Both the position numbers and the translations under genes were made by a program. Of a DNA stretch of 64,000 bases, positions 1 to 13,655 are shown in pieces. Location: positions 27,714,001 to 27,778,000 of the forward strand of contig OX597816.1 in assembly GCA_951406725.2 (NCBI GenBank), written 5' to 3'. The notes beneath the pieces were generated by a model. That model was not told where the DNA came from. It ran no database searches and saw nothing but the letters and a program-made list of their open reading frames with translations. Position 1 is the stretch's first letter. Each line of letters begins with the position of its first letter. The DNA is from Octopus vulgaris (Eukaryota).

Positions 1-14
1 ACATACCACAACAA

Positions 15-82
15 AAGCGCAGTGGGCCCGGATCCGAAATCACGTGGTTTAAAGCGAACCTCATAACTAAACACCTATGCCT
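15..82 (-). mobile_element. Degenerate SINE family A head
   Basis: Reverse complement resembles the family A 5' end (aggc..ggt..aaccacgtg..ccgg..ccactgcg). Confidence 0.4.
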
Positions 83-107
83 AGAAGATACATTCACTAA
101 AAGTAAC

Positions 108-265
108 AGGCATGGCTGTGTGGTAAGACGCTTGCTTCCCAGCCACATGACTCCGGGTTCAGTCGCAGTGCGTGGCACCTTGGGCAAGTATCTTCTACTA
201 TAGCCTCAGGCCGACCAAAGCGCTGAGTGGATTTCGCAAATGTAAACTACAAGAAGCCCGTCGTA
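108..265 (+). mobile_element. SINE family A, 5' half (tRNA-like head + core), running into (TA)n
   Basis: Matches the full copies at 25394 and 46212 (tggctgtgtggtaag...gcaccttgggcaagt...aagaagcccgtcgtata). Confidence 0.8.
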
Positions 266-374
<109 letters not shown>

Positions 375-556
375 GTATATATATATATATATATACTACA
401 AAATTAGAGAATGGAGAAACATACTTAAATCAGTAAAACATCAACTATCCGATGATACTCAATCCATACTTTAATACACCATTACACCAGTATACTAGCA
501 GTATATTGGATATATATTATCCCATGGTGGGTTGAATTTTCAACCCCTATCTCATT

Positions 557-653
<97 letters not shown>

Positions 654-684
654 GTAAATGTAATATGTGACAATTATTCGGTAG

Positions 685-752
685 CCATGATAAAACTCCG
701 AGTTTCGGATGCCGAGGTGGAAATCCACGCCGCCATCTGTTCAGTTGTCCGG
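685..752 (-). ncRNA. Degenerate hammerhead-like motif on a short insert in (TA)n
   Basis: gacaa-CTGAACA-gatg...catc-c-GAAA-ctcggagt-t-ttatc. G8 is altered; stem III is near-palindromic. Confidence 0.4.
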
Positions 753-929
753 CCATAGGAAAAATGTTTTGAAAAATGACCTCTCTATATATATATGTCA
801 AGTGCTGTGTTTTTACTGAGATCCCCCTTTTAGTAGAAGGAATAGCTATATCTCTTTGACTGCTATTTCTAAATTCGGTGTGTTGGTGAGGTAATTCGTT
901 GCTAAACCCTTAATTACTTAGTATATGTA

Positions 930-990
<61 letters not shown>

Positions 991-995
991 ATGAA

Positions 996-1055
<60 letters not shown>

Positions 1056-1238
1056 TGCGTGTATATATATATGTGTATATATATACGCATATATACCCAT
1101 GTGTGTTTGTGTTTGTGCGTGTGTGGGTCTGTTTATTCCCCATCACCGCTTGACAACATACATACATATATATTTATATTATATTATATATATATATACA
1201 TGGGTCTATTGATATGGTCTTCCCATCATTAACAGGAA

Positions 1239-1311
1239 TCTTACTGAAGAGCCAGCCTGAGTAAATAAATACTATTTTTATTACTGAATTTGGCGAAACT
1301 GCAGTATAAGA
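1239..1311 (+). ncRNA. Type I hammerhead ribozyme, copy 1
   Basis: Stem I tctta/taaga; core CTGAAGA 1244-1250; stem II GCCA...TGGC with AT-rich extension; GAAA 1295-1298; palindromic stem III ACTGCAGT; GUA cleavage site after 1306. Confidence 0.85.
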
Positions 1312-1642
1312 AAAGTTAAGTTTGTAAAAGTTTTTAATTTTCATCTCACTAAATTTATCCAGCTATTGTGTATCTAGTGCACTCTTCGCCTTGAATGTAA
1401 TGATATATGTATAATATATGGCGTGTACTGGTACACCGGCGATTATAATTAATTTTATTGTATCGCATTTATCTTTGTTTACATATTCTCTCGATAAATT
1501 TCTGACCGTTAGACGATATACCACAATCCCCTATTTTGTCGGGTTTGTTCTGAGTCTGCGCAGTGTTTTGAATAGTTTAGAAAGAGCATTTCGATAGACG
1601 CACATGGGTCTATTGATATGGTCTTCCCATCATTAACCGGAA

Positions 1643-1715
1643 TCTTACTGAAGAGCCAGCCTGAGTAAATAAATACTATTTTTATTACTGAATTTGGCGA
1701 AACTGCAGTATAAGA
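1643..1715 (+). ncRNA. Type I hammerhead ribozyme, copy 2
   Basis: Identical to copy 1; predicted cleavage after 1710. Confidence 0.85.
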
Positions 1716-1877
1716 AAAGTTAAGTTTGTAAAAGTTTTTAATTTTCATCTCACTAAATTTATCCAGCTATTGTGTATCTAGTGCACTCTTCGCCTTGAAT
1801 GTAATGATATATGTATAATATATGGCGTGTACTGGTACACCGGCGATTATAATTAATTTTATTGTATCGCATTTATC

Positions 1878-1914
<37 letters not shown>

Positions 1915-1917
<3 letters not shown>

Positions 1918-1920
1918 CTA

Positions 1921-1999
<79 letters not shown>

Positions 2000-2032
2000 A
2001 TATCTATCTATCTATCTATCTATCTATGTATG

Positions 2033-2088
<56 letters not shown>

Positions 2089-2089
2089 A

Positions 2090-2143
<54 letters not shown>

Positions 2144-2145
2144 AT
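1915..2145. repeat. (ATCT)n microsatellite
   Basis: Direct inspection. Confidence 0.95.
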
Positions 2146-2271
2146 ATATATATGCCTGTTTGTGCGCGCGTGTGTGTGAATATGTATATACATACACATA
2201 TTATATACATTATATATCTTACATATTTATATGAGCATAAGTATGCATGTATATATATATATACATATGTA

Positions 2272-2323
<52 letters not shown>

Positions 2324-2790
2324 AATGGCGGTGCCCCAGCATGGCTACAGCTCTGAGCTGAAACTAGATGAAATAAAATATAAATAATATATATATCTAT
2401 ATATATATAAAATTATAAATTAGGGTATCTACCTAATTTATAATTTTAATAATTATTACCTTTGAAGGTTATTTTTCCATGCTGACCACTTGATAAAATC
2501 GTTGTTTCATTCTTAAATTAACGATCTTTTCCTTATATATATAATTTTTTCACAGGGAACGTACCGGCCGCCTCGGACACTCGGAGGTGGTAATATATAC
2601 ATATTAAATATTTAAATCAATGTATAATTGAGGGTAAAATTAATTAATTATTAATCAATTTCACCAAGTGTTCAGTATGCAAAGGGACCATTTAAGGCGA
2701 GCCCTTTTATATAATGTAATAAATCAATGTATATATATTAAGTATTTAAATCAACATATGACATGATTTATATATATATATGTATTATAT

Positions 2791-2896
2791 AGGTACAGGA
2801 GTGGCTGTGTGGTAAGTAGCTTGCTTACCAACCACAAGGTTTCGGGTTAAGTGTCTTTGAGTAGATTCGGTTGGCGGAAACTGAAAGAATCCCGTC

Positions 2897-2957
<61 letters not shown>

Positions 2958-3080
2958 TGTATATTTTTGTGTGTCTGTGTTGCCTCTCACACATCGCTTG
3001 ACAACCGATGCTAGTGGTTTTACGTCCTCGTAACCTAGCGGTTCGGCAAAATAAGCTAATAGAATAAGTACTAGGCTTAT
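2791..3080 (+). mobile_element. SINE family A, internally deleted copy
   Basis: Head, internal (TA)n and the gcttgacaaccgatgct...tagaataagtactaggctt segment are present. Confidence 0.75.
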
Positions 3081-3339
3081 ATAGAATACAAAATTAACAT
3101 TTATATATATGTATGTGTGTGTGTGTGCGTGTGTATTCAATATATATATATATTTAATATATTAAATATGCATACATGCAATATATATATATATATGTTG
3201 AATATCTATAAATCAGTATATAATTAATATATGTACATATATGAAGTCATCTGTCTGTCCATGTCTATGTATCTATCTACGTAGCTATCGATCTGCACAT
3301 ACATACTAACTATATATATAAATATAATATGCATATATA

Positions 3340-3999
3340 CAGCCATGAGATATTTTCAAACCATCGCTTCGATATAGGCCAACATCATGGAATGGAAACT
3401 TGGATAAGACACATTATACAAACCTCCTACCTTTCCGGTACTTCGATAAAAGTAATGCAACTAAATTGCTTAGTCACGCATGGAATTTGAAGAGTAACCT
3501 CACACTTACAATTAAGTGGAGAATAGAGGAGATATCCAAGCCATATGTTAGTGGATCGAAGAAATGCAAGTTGTGCGTAGAGGAACGATTTCATATTCTT
3601 CTTAAAGCTACTAATTCCAACACACTGCTTCATTCAAGATTTTAGCAGGTGTAGACACATGGACAGATTTCTTTCATCGAATTGGAGGACATCAGCTGTT
3701 CTCAATTGAGGAGCTGTCTCACAGAATTTGACATATTTCTGTTATTTTGTTCTATACTAGTGGTATTTAACGAGCTTAGTTTTCCTGATTTCGCTTCGTT
3801 TTTTCTCGTTCCAATTTTTGCAGCAACCGTCTTCTCGCTTCTCCAAGCTTTTCCTTTTTTGTATTTACTATCTTTGTTTTTAAAATATATATAACGCATA
3901 AACAGGGCCTGAAAGATTGCTTTAAGGTACATGGCATATTTCACAGATATGCCTGTTCAAGTACCATAAATGCATGAAGCTATTTGTAGCTCTTTTAGT

Positions 4000-4000
<1 letters not shown>
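3340..4000 (+). mobile_element. Penelope-like element (Naiad-type): 3' fragment with GIY-YIG endonuclease C-terminus and 3' terminal region
   Basis: Translation TKLLSHAWNLK..IKWRI..KPY..SKKCKLCVEERFHIL..LL..CRH matches the Naiad-type endonuclease tail. The fragment ends in (TA)n, with an HHR-like fold at 3905-3995. Confidence 0.7.
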
Positions 4001-4059
<59 letters not shown>

Positions 4060-4061
4060 TA

Positions 4062-4097
<36 letters not shown>

Positions 4098-4163
4098 TGG
4101 TATGATGATTCAAACGGGAAAAGTAGAACTCAAAATATATGAATATATAATAATATTTAGCAA

Positions 4164-4263
4164 AAGCAACAGAGCGGCTCAAGGACCGAGAGTTTGGTGC
4201 GAAAGCACTTATTAATAAGTGTTAATGCATCAAGTTCTTGGCTCTTGAGTCACTCTGTTGCTT
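4164..4263 (+). other. 100-nt imperfect hairpin (50-bp arms) rich in G-U pairs
   Basis: Manual pairing on the + strand gives 38 Watson-Crick, 8 G-U, 2 A-C and 2 A-A positions. Confidence 0.8.
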
Positions 4264-6171
4264 CTGATAAGTAGTGTGTGTGACAGTGAGTGTGTGTGTG
4301 TGCGTGCGTGTGCATGTGTGCGCATGCGTATATTAATTATTATTTTTTAAAATTATTTGTAACACTCAAATAGAAAAGTCCTCAATACAACGTTTTTTTG
4401 GAAGTATGTTGAACGCGATGTGTTTTATTTTCTCTGTGTTAGAAGCAAGAATTAACCACGATTCTCATTCGGTCTTTGTTCTGTTTCTAACATGCCGTTC
4501 TCTACGGTCACCTGAACTCATTAATCAAAATATGTATGTGTGTATTATGTGCGTATGTGTGTATTTGTGTGTATGTGTGAGCGTGCGTGTGTGTGTGTGC
4601 ATATGTGTGTGAACCTATGTGTGCGTGTGTGTGTGCATGGATCTGTGTATATGGGTTTCATTAAAAATTATTTCAGCCAAACAAAGAAAAGAATCATAGA
4701 GAAATATAAACATGAAAATCAAGACATGTATAATATAAGCAATAATAAGAATAAAAATAGAACTCAATATGGTTAACATTAACTTTAACATAGTAATAGA
4801 CAAATAATTAAAAAAAAAAGAAAACTGTTGTTTTAATTTTCTAGTTATTTTTGTTCACATTTTTTTTCTGTTTGTTTGAAGGGAGACCATCATAATCTTA
4901 ACTATAATACTCTTTTTCATGATCATCATAAATATAGTCTTTTTCTTCTTGTAATATCACTCATGTTTGTCGTCGTTTGACGGAAAGTCAGATCGTACCC
5001 AACGAAATAATGACAATTCTTAAACATGATCGCTCTAAGCCATCATCACTATCTTCATCATCATGATTATCATCATAATTACAACAATCATCATGATCTC
5101 CATGATGATGGTCATCCTTTTTATAAATAATTACTGTCTTGTTAATGTTTTTTTAATCATACGTTGGAACATTATTTTAGATGAAGTAGAGAGGGGAGAG
5201 AAAGAGAGGAGAGAGGGAGAGAAAGACAGAAGGAAAAGGTGGTGGAGAAAGTGAAAGTACGGGAGAGAGAGAGTGAGAACAGAGAAAGTTGGTGTCCAAA
5301 TGTGTCTTTTTTTTATGTTTATTGTTTTGACAAGGGCGTTAGTGAAATGATCAATCTGGCTCTGCACCAGGAATTGAACTCGAATCTGGGAATCAACAAG
5401 TTAGAAGTCTACCTTACACACTGTCTCACAGGTCTATTATCTTTAGAGGAAGAAGAGACTGTGATGTTTATGCCTCTACCAAAAGAAAAGAAGTGTATAA
5501 AAAATGTGAAATAGCATTATCACACACACACATGCCCATACACCCGCGCACACACGCTCACGTACATATACTCACACACACACCTACACATCTTGACTAG
5601 GCTCAAGGTCAAAACCCACATATGAGTGAAATAGATGACAGTAGTGCGACGTCTTTGTTTTTCTCATAGGAACTGCTGAGGTCTAGTGACGTACAGGAAG
5701 TGGACGAGCTGTGATCAGGGATGGAAACAAGATTAGGTTTACATAATGGCCTACGAGGAATGACTTTGCCTTTGACACTCGTTAGGGCAGCCGAGTTTGT
5801 CAGAGTGGAAGAAGTTATCCTCAAAGCAGGAATCTGGTTCCGAATGCTTGCTATAGAAAGAAAACTGCTACAAGTAGCATAAGGTCCAACCAGTGGTGTT
5901 AACCACGATTAAGTTCAGTGCTGTGTAGTTCGATGGAACACGAAACTCCATAGCTGCGTAGCGACACAATATTCGTAACCACACAAGATCAGCGTCTATT
6001 GTGGACCAGTTTGCCGGGAATTGCATCACTACAAAGGCTTACTTTCGCCCAGCAAAGGTATTTATGTGTGGTGGAATGTGTTGCTTGGATGCAATCGTAC
6101 ACACGTAAGCTTGTATGTGGGTGCATGACCAAGTGGTTGTTTACACATACATACATACATACATACATACA

Positions 6172-6258
<87 letters not shown>

Positions 6259-6460
6259 TATAAATTAGAAAAAAAACACCTTTTGATTAGTAATAAATAA
6301 AACGTATATATACGTTTTATTTATTATTTTGCACATTACTTAATCATCGTTATATGGTTTATCTTATATTTAAGCTTTCTATAATATGCAATTTTTCTAA
6401 ATGGTATAATTTAAATTTTCATTATTGAATTGATAAAAGGAGTTTTTTTCTAATTTATAT
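6259..6460. repeat. Short insert in (TA)n with inverted termini and an internal perfect 36-bp palindrome (6291-6326)
   Basis: Termini ataaattagaaaaaaaacaccttttg and aaaaggagtttttttctaatttat; palindrome taataaataaaacgtata|tatacgttttatttatta. Confidence 0.65.
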
Positions 6461-6542
6461 ATATATATATTATATTTTGTCAAATTTGATTTAGTATTTC
6501 TAAATTGAATTTTTCCGCGTAAGTTTGGAATAATATTCCCTC

Positions 6543-6612
<70 letters not shown>

Positions 6613-6619
6613 TATATAC

Positions 6620-6682
<63 letters not shown>

Positions 6683-7413
6683 TAAAAAACTACTTGGTTA
6701 TGCACCATGGATGAAAATATGTGTGCCTAAATGAAGCTAGAATAGATTTGTACATAGGAAAGTCAGCTACTAGCTCTTTCTTCTCCTGTCTGTCTGTCTC
6801 TCTCCCTACACACACATACATACATATACCTACAGACACATACGTATCTCCCCATATGTAATGTCGCTAGCTTCATGAGCATATAGATCGGTGTGTGAGT
6901 GTTCGTGCATGCGATTGTGTATGTATGTACGTACATAATTGGTCATATAGCTATTTGTAGTGGTGAACGGGATCCCGAGAGTATATCGGTCTTGGTTGAA
7001 TGAACTAGGTAAGAAAAAAATTTCAATACACCACAGAATACGTACTTTTGCGCGATACAGATGCTTTTTATCTTGCTCATAGATTCATTCGAGATAAATA
7101 TCGCTTCATCTTTATAAAACTAAATGCACCAATAACACACACACACACCAGAGAAACACACAAGACGCGTGTCTGCATATTCTTTTATTCATTTACGTTT
7201 TTCAGTCATTTGACCGCGGCCATGCTGGAGCATGTATACTGGAGCCTGTATGTATTAGTCAATACAAGGGGATCGCTTATAAGCTTTAAGCTTATAAAAT
7301 ATTATTACTATTTACAGATTTGTCATTCGTCACCGCTTCGCAACTTATCGAAAAAAAAATGCGAACATACAAACACACACACACACACACATACATGTAT
7401 AAATATATGTATG

Positions 7414-7495
<82 letters not shown>

Positions 7496-7506
7496 TACAT
7501 ATATAC

Positions 7507-7538
<32 letters not shown>

Positions 7539-7550
7539 ATATTATATAAT

Positions 7551-7897
7551 GTGGAGGCGCATGGCTCAGTGGTTAGAGCGTCGAGCTTACGATCGTGCGG
7601 TTGTGAGTTCGAATCCCGGACCGGGCTGCGTGTTGTGTTCTTGAGTAAAGCACTTTATTTCACGTTGCTCCAGTTCACTCAGCTGTAGAAATGAGTTGCG
7701 ACGTCACTGGTGCTAAGCTGTATCGACCTTTGTCTTTCCCTTGGATAACACTGGTGGCGTGGAGAGGGGAGGCCGGTATGCATGGGCGACTGCTGGTCTT
7801 CCATAAAAAAAACAACCTTGCCCAGACTTGTGCCTCAGAGGGTAACTCTCTAGGTGCAAACCCATGGTCACTCATGACCGAAGGGGGTCTTTACCTT
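7551..7897 (+). mobile_element. tRNA-derived SINE family C, full length
   Basis: Pol III A box (tggctcagtgg) and B box (gttcgaatcc); near-identical to 45355-45690. Confidence 0.85.
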
Positions 7898-7914
7898 ATA
7901 TATATTATACATAA

Positions 7915-7977
<63 letters not shown>

Positions 7978-8027
7978 CATGTATATATATATATATATAC
8001 ACATATATATATATATACATATATATG

Positions 8028-8066
<39 letters not shown>

Positions 8067-8573
8067 GTGTGTATATATATATATATTTGTGTGTTTGTGC
8101 GTGTGTGTGTATGTGTGTATATGTGTGTGTGTGTGTGTAGTTATACGTATACACGTTTTTGTATGGGCTCCTTATAAATTACTAGACACTTCATGATGTA
8201 GCGTGTTGATCTATTGATAGCTAGTTTAGAGTTAATCCCGTTTCGATTCAGACATACAGTAAATACTTGTGAATGTCTAGAATTACATGTGTGTGTATGT
8301 ACTTACGTAGGTGCGTATGTATGTATGTATATATGCATATTTGCATGTATGTATGTATGTATGTATGTATGTATGTATGTGTTAACTCTGTTTTGATTAT
8401 TTTGACTGTCAAAATAGTCAAAACGGAATTAACTTTGTAAATTATCACCAAGAAAATACCACTCATTCACACATCCTTTACACACGTACTAACACACACA
8501 TATATGAATAGATACAAATGTATACATACATACATACATACATACATACATACATACATACTTACATACATTC

Positions 8574-8604
<31 letters not shown>

Positions 8605-8608
8605 TATA

Positions 8609-9882
8609 TCAGGTCATCCCATAAGTTCTGTCTGAATGTTGAATAAAGAAAATACGTGATCAAATGTTATATTTAATTGAAATTTAATCATCAATGTACT
8701 TTCCCTGATTATCTATGACTTCCTTCCATCTATTTACAAGCTTTTTAATCCCATCAATGTAAAACTATTTTGGCTTCAAAGCGAAGAACTCTTAAATGTC
8801 AGTTTCGACCCCCTTCTGACTTGCGAAAGTTATGTCTCCCAAATGATTCTGTAAACTACGAAACAAATAGTAATGTGAATGAGTAAGGCCAGGAGAATAA
8901 GGTGGATGTAGAACTTTTCCCCAATCAAGATCTTCGATCTTCTATGATGAGATCTAGGCAGTGTGGGGTTGCGCACTGTCCTGATGAAACATCACCCCTT
9001 TTCGATTCACTAAGGCGGTTTTTTACTCTTCAAAGCTTGGTTCAAACGCTCTAATTGCTGACAGTAGACTTGAGCATTGATTGTTGCATTAGGTGGTAAC
9101 AATTCAAAGTAAGTTACTCCTTTCCAATCCCACCAGATACTTTTTCCCATGAAGTACCCTTCTCAATTGTTGTTGAGCATTTCCCTTTTACCAAGCCACT
9201 GATTACGACGTTTAACATTTCGATAGAAGATCCATTTTTCGTCGCCAGTCACAAGTCTATCCAAAAAGGGTGAATCAGTTCACGAGAATGGAGAAAAGAG
9301 CAGATGTCAACTCGGGATTTGCGGTTGCATTCGGACAATTCATGAGGCACCCATTTTCCAAGTTAAGGAACCTTTCCAAGTTGTTGAAGATGACGATGAA
9401 CTGCTGTATCGTTTGAGCTAAGCTTTATTGACAGTTCTTCAACTAATAATGCAGGATTTTCTTCTAGTAATGCCTCAAGTAGCTTATTATCAAACACAAC
9501 TGGACGTGCTGTTCGACTTTCCGCTTCAAGCCTGAAATCTCCACTTCTGAATTTTGCAAACCATCTTCTGCAAGTTCTTTCATTCAAGCATTCTTTCCCA
9601 TAAAATGAGTGTATGTTTCAAGTCACTTTGGCTGCAAAGTTTCCTTTTTTGTACTCATAAAGCATTATGTGCCTCAAATGCTCTTTGGATACTTCCATGT
9701 TAGAAAGGGCTTCAATCAAAGAAATTTTAATTCTATTATTCTGTAAAATAATATTTAATTAGTTTAAATGTACACAAATGCATAAAAGTAATTTTTAATT
9801 CCATCAGACATTCTAAAATACTATTAAATTTCATTCAATTTTAAAAAGGGTAAAATCGAACAGAACTTATAGGATGACCTGA
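8609..9882 (-). mobile_element. Full-length mariner (Tc1/mariner) transposon, ~1.27 kb, inactive
   Basis: TIRs tcaggtcatcc(c/t)ataagttctgt at both ends; TA target duplications at 8607-8608 and 9883-9884. Confidence 0.92.
8684..9698 (-). pseudogene. Mariner transposase pseudogene
   Basis: MEVSKEHLRHIMLYEY..., RRWFAKFRSGDF (HTH), WVPHEL, VTGDEKWIFY, a degenerate YSPDLAP-like motif, and YIDD*. Contains stops and frameshifts. Confidence 0.9.
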
Positions 9883-9886
9883 TACA

Positions 9887-9976
<90 letters not shown>

Positions 9977-10966
9977 TACGCATACATTCATCCATACATA
10001 TACATTCATACTTTCGTTTATATAAGAAAATGTTAAATGGAGGTTATTATTTTAAAACTCATTTAAAATTAACACCCGGACCTTTTGGGACTGATTCAAA
10101 TTCATTTTCAGTTTCATGTTAACTAAGCTTCAAGTTTCACCCCATGACATATTGAGCTAGTGAAATATGATCAGCTACAGTTTCTCTTGTAGGAAATCGA
10201 AAAGAAAACCTCATTAAGAACCTGCGCTCTTTCGGTAGTATTTTACATTTGTTATGGATATAATGAAAGGAAATTTTACAAATTGGTATTGGACAACTGG
10301 TTAAACTGTTCACAGGTTAAGAAACAATTTTAAGGAAAAACAGTATCGGATGTAGAAGTAAACGCAAAGTGAATTCAAACAAGTAAGTATATGCAGTTGT
10401 TATGAATGAGTTAAACGAAGAAATACATTGATCGAAAGTTAGATGAATGTTATTCAGTAGTCGGTCAAGAAAAAAATCATGGAGAATATTAAAATTATAT
10501 GTTTTGAATAGATTTTTAACACAATCAGTATTTGTAAACAACATCACTTTTCGGAAATATACATTCACAGACACGCTACCCACTACACATATACATACAA
10601 AATACACACACTCATTCAGAAATAAGAACTCATTTATTTCATATAAATGACAAATGGACATCTTAAATCTCTTAAGAATAAACATTTTTCTGAAACTTTC
10701 AGTCTAATGGAAACCATTTAACCAGCTGCCTGAATTCCACAGGGTTTGACCGACCACTGACCTGTATTCAAGTAACTTATATATTTTTATTTAATGCATC
10801 TATATTAGCCCATATCTATTTCTACTTTTATATCGTCACATTCTTTTATACACTTTCTTCTCAGTGATTAACTTACATATATATATTCATACATTCATAC
10901 AAACACGATATCTCTCTTTCTGTCTGTCTGTCTGTTTCTCTCTCCTCCACACAAATATGTGAGTGT

Positions 10967-11092
<126 letters not shown>

Positions 11093-11094
11093 AG

Positions 11095-11330
11095 GAAATG
11101 TGGCCTAGGAGGGCTGCACCTGCGATCGTGGTTTCGAATTCCGGACCGGGCAATGCGTTGTGTTCTTGAGCAAAACGTTTCGGTTTACGTTGCTCTGTTT
11201 AACATCTGTAATCAGTTTAACATCTGGCGAGTGGTACACCGTGCACCTGTGTAGGCAATGCCTATTTGATGGAGGGATCGAACTAATGTACGGCACAAAC
11301 TTTTGGATCACTTTAAATAAACCTGACCAG
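11095..11330 (+). mobile_element. Degenerate tRNA-SINE (family C/B-related)
   Basis: gatcgtggtttcgaattccggaccggg...gttgtgttcttgagcaaaac. Confidence 0.6.
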
Positions 11331-11379
11331 TTTCTTCAGGAAAAACAGACACAGACACACATATACATACATACATACA

Positions 11380-11413
<34 letters not shown>

Positions 11414-11439
11414 CTTACATATATATATATATATCTTTT

Positions 11440-11474
<35 letters not shown>

Positions 11475-11477
11475 TTT

Positions 11478-11523
<46 letters not shown>

Positions 11524-11579
11524 TCTTGGCGTTTTTCCCCCTCAGTCTTCCTTTTCCCTTGAACTTTTCTCTGTCTCCT

Positions 11580-11615
11580 GTTTCTGAAGAAGTGCTTTTG
11601 CTCGAAGCGTAAAAC
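11580..11615 (+). ncRNA. Minimal hammerhead motif in a Neptune-type pLTR relic (11525-11700)
   Basis: gttt-CTGAAGA-a-gtgc tttt gctc-GAAG-cgt-a-aaac; core has one substitution. Confidence 0.55.
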
Positions 11616-12064
11616 ACTCTGAACGTCTTCTTAATACTTTTCATGTACCACTTTCTCGCATTAGTGTCTTTTTTGTTTTGTTGCTGTCCTTCCTTTTCCG
11701 TTTGTTTTCATCCCCAGTCAGGTTACTTAACCTGCCCTCTGTGACGCTACTTATTTTTAATTTCTTTGTTGAATTATAAGCAATTTCATCCGATGTTAAA
11801 GACTAGTTAAATACAATTAATCTTCTTTGGCAAATCAATATTGTACTTAAACTCCTCTATCTTTTAATGAGGCTTTCTTTTTATTTTCTTGTATAAACAA
11901 CGGAAACGAAACTTTCATCACTAGCTCAAAAGGCCTTATGCATATCTTGAAGTACAAGTCCACACAACATTTACAATATGTCGATGTATATATATATATA
12001 TATATGTATTTATTTGTATATATAGATATACATACATACATATACACATATGCGTGTGTGTATA

Positions 12065-12144
<80 letters not shown>

Positions 12145-13192
12145 CATTTATATACATATGTATATGTATAAATCTATACGCATATATAAATATATATATA
12201 TTCCTGCATAAACACACATGTGTACATATGTCTATATACACGCACACACAAACAAATACACCAGCATACACATACACACACACGTATTGACCTAAACCCA
12301 CGCACGTAAATATACTTACATCTTTATATACACTCACATACGCGCTTATCGACAGAAAAATAAATGATATATAGGGATGTACAATTTTAAACTATAATAA
12401 TGTTCCACCTGTGATCAGTATGTTTGCTATATGTATTGGCTTATGTATATCTGTAGTCATATACATGTATTTGAGTGTAAGTATGTGGGCTGTATGCATA
12501 TGGCTATCCGCCTGATGAAGGTTCCTTTGTATTTCTCTATGTAATTTTTTTTTTTTCATAATAATGCAATATATATTCGTCATTTGGTTAATTTCTCGAA
12601 CGTAGCATCACCAAAGCAGTTCTGATACAAGTCCAGGAATGAAGGTTCATTCCCTCCCAAGTCAGTCCTTCAAATCAATGTCTTCTCATTTGCAAAATGA
12701 ATTTATTGTATACAAATATGAAATAAATTTTTTTCTGTTTTAGTTTTCTGTTCCCGCTTTTTTTGTTTTTAAATATACGATACGCAATAAGAAATAAGAT
12801 TTGTGATTGAAACAGTGAAGAATTACGGTTTGGTTTGAGAAAGATTCGTAGTTCTAGAAAAAAATATTTACATTTGCACACGCACACACTTGCGTATATA
12901 CACGCACAGACACGCACACACAAAACCACGTGCATACATACTCAAATATAGATGCGTGTGACCGTACATCTGTGTATGTTTATGTATGTATACATATACG
13001 TGCGTCTGTATGTATATATATATATATATGCATACACACTTAATTACATAATTTGTATGTATATATATATATCCATACACACTTAATTACATAATGTATA
13101 TATATATATATACATATATATAAAAACATATATATATATATACATATATATATACAAACATATATATACATGCATATATACATACTTATACA

Positions 13193-13655
<463 letters not shown>

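Larger units (their letters stand above)
1198..1890 (+). repeat. Partial tandem duplication: 289-bp direct repeats (1198-1486, 1602-1890), period 404 bp, flanked by (TA)n; Penelope pLTR / retrozyme-like
   Basis: The two copies appear identical except at one base (1234 a vs 1638 c), and each carries a hammerhead. Confidence 0.9.

Noticed and set aside
7551-7630. tRNA-like sequences here and at 21991, 35161 and 45355
   Set aside because: These are SINE heads: multicopy, continuing into SINE bodies, several with TSDs, and without a clean acceptor stem.
10150-10780. Possible ancient Penelope RT remnant
   Set aside because: Only vague motif resemblance; strand and frame could not be supported by eye.
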